From the human T2T-CHM13v2.0 reference genome, Homo sapiens: 64,000 bases of DNA. Positions 58,114 to 64,000 of this stretch are shown here, one piece after another. The stretch's first letter is position 1, and every line of letters begins with the position of its first letter. The notes below the pieces were generated by a model that was not told the origin of the DNA, made no database searches, and saw only the letters and a program-made list of their open reading frames with translations. Both the position numbers and the translations under genes were made by a program. The DNA is taken from the NCBI RefSeq assembly GCF_009914755.1, contig NC_060927.1; one strand, given 5' to 3'.

Positions 58114-59030
58114 GGCCGGGCGTGGTGGCTCACACCTATAATTCCAGCACTCTGGGAGGCCTAAGCGGGTGGAATCACCTGAGGTCTGGAGTTCGAGACC
58201 AGCCTGACCAACATAGAGAAATGCTGTCTCTACTAAAAATACAAAATCAGCTGGGTGTGGTGGCGCATGCCTGTAATCCCAGCTACTCGGGAGGCTGAGG
58301 CAGGAGAATCGCTTGAATCTGGGGGGCAGAGGTTACAGTGAGCCACTGCACTCCAGCCTGGGCAACAAGAGCAAAACTCCATCTCAAAAAAAAAACAAAA
58401 AACAACAACAAAAAAAACGTAGCTGGAGGCCAAAAGGCCCAGTGAGGGTCTCCAACTTCTCTTCTCCAGAGTGTTAATTAGCTGCTGGGCATGATGTGCC
58501 ACCTTATCACCCTTCCTCTTGCATCCATCTCTGGCGGTCCATAGGTTGCTGCTCTTGGGAAAATCATCATCATTTTGGGTAGAAAGATAGGAAAAATCAG
58601 GCTCATCCTTGCCTGAGCCAAGTCTGATAAGAAACTTCCAAATGTGAGGCAGAATTAGGGAAACAATTGACCATCCTGTAGTGAGGTGGAGCCACATTTT
58701 AGTACCAGTTCTGCTACTCAATAGCGTGGAGAAAGACTCCAAGTCCATGGCTCCCTTTGGGTTCGTTTTACGGTCTGTAAAATGGGAAAAGAGAGGCTTA
58801 GAGTAGATCTCTACTCTGTGGGTTGTGTAAGCAAGTTAGTGAGTGGTAACTAGTAGTTTTTTAAAAAAATTAAACAGAATACAACAAAATATGGCTGGGT
58901 ACAGTGGCTCACTCCTTGTAATCCTAGCACTTTGGGAGGCCAAGATGGGAAGATTGCTTGAGTTCAGGAATTCGAGACTAGCCTGGGCTATGTAGTGAGA
59001 CCTCAACTCTATAAAATAATAATAAACAAA
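58114..59030 (+). mobile_element. AluS (58114-58420) and FLAM-like monomer (58893-59030)
   Basis: Alu consensus. Confidence 0.85.
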
Positions 59031-59959
59031 ATATCAATGCATTGCACATAGTAAGTCTTGCTTTTTGATCCTTTTGTTTTAATTATGTTCAATCTCTCAA
59101 TATGAACATAAGTATGGTTTTACTGTAAAACATACTTCTCACATTTGGAGTTGCAAAGAAGTGGCACTTCTGTTCTAGGGTCCCTCACAGCCCCTATCTC
59201 TGCAAGGAAATGAAGGATCAATTTTCCAAAGATTACAAAGCAAATCAGCTTCCTCCCTAGGAGCCTCAACTACACCAGAAGAAAGAAAAGCCCCAAAGCA
59301 CCAATCTCCATGTCACCTGTTTCTCTCTCTCTCTTTTTGAGCAGTGTGATCTCTAAGGTCTAAAGCTGTTTCCCTGGAAGGCTGGAAAATTAATGGTTAC
59401 GATAAAGCCCATGCAATGTGTGGGCCCAGTACCTAGAAAGACAGGAAATAACTGCAAAATACTGGCTTCAGATTTAGCATCTATTTTAGCTTTCCACATT
59501 GCCTCACATTTGTCCATGAAACTATGAACAGGTAAGAAACACAGAACATCCATCCTAGCACAGCATACAGTTTTCCCACTCAGTCCCTCCCCCAAATCTA
59601 TCAAATTGGTTTAAGGATCTGTTGGAAACAATGCCTTAATATTCTTAACTTTTAAAGTAATGCAAATAAAATGGCTATGACTCATGAAAGCCCCTGGGTC
59701 CTTAGTTCACTCATCCAGAATTTAGTTAAAGAGGCTACAAAATGGGATCCACTGGGGCTACTTACTCTGGCTTAAGAAAAGCCCCAGGGTCAGGCAGTCA
59801 CAGAGGGGTGGCATAAGGCACACTATACTGATGGTGGAAAAACAACCCTTACCACCCATACCTCCTGTGTGTTCCAGAGCCACCACCCAGCATCTGCCTG
59901 GTACACATTCATATACAAGCCAGGGTTAATTATGCAATGCCTCATACATTGCTGGTAGC

Positions 59960-64000
<4,041 letters not shown>

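Overview
Human (primate) genomic DNA, recognisable as the 3p21.31 gene cluster. Three protein-coding genes lie in tandem on the minus strand. CELSR3 (adhesion GPCR/flamingo cadherin) contributes exons 1-33; its 3' end runs off the left edge. NCKIPSD/SPIN90 is complete (13 coding exons, 2169 nt, 722 aa). IP6K2 has coding exons 2-6 (1281 nt, 426 aa); exon 1 is off the right edge. I walked every exon by hand and the GT-AG boundaries and phases are self-consistent. Also present: MIR4793 straddling a CELSR3 splice donor, three CpG islands, a G-rich VNTR, and dense Alu/L1/L2 relics. There are no prokaryotic, CRISPR, rRNA or tRNA features. Most interesting signals: (1) a distal NCKIPSD last exon inside the CELSR3 promoter CpG island, next to a 155-codon open in-frame leader upstream of CELSR3; (2) a 39-bp-periodic array of REST/RE1 half-sites inside CELSR3 coding exon 1; (3) repeated perfect DR1 nuclear-receptor elements in CELSR3 introns; (4) a 15-nt CELSR3 microexon; (5) a U12-type intron and a truncating alternative-exon cluster in IP6K2; (6) a tandem duplication that created an alternative NCKIPSD acceptor. 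I see no wholly new biological system, and several of these items are probably already annotated. Repeat boundaries are approximate. Gene, isoform and miRNA identities come from recall, not from database searches.
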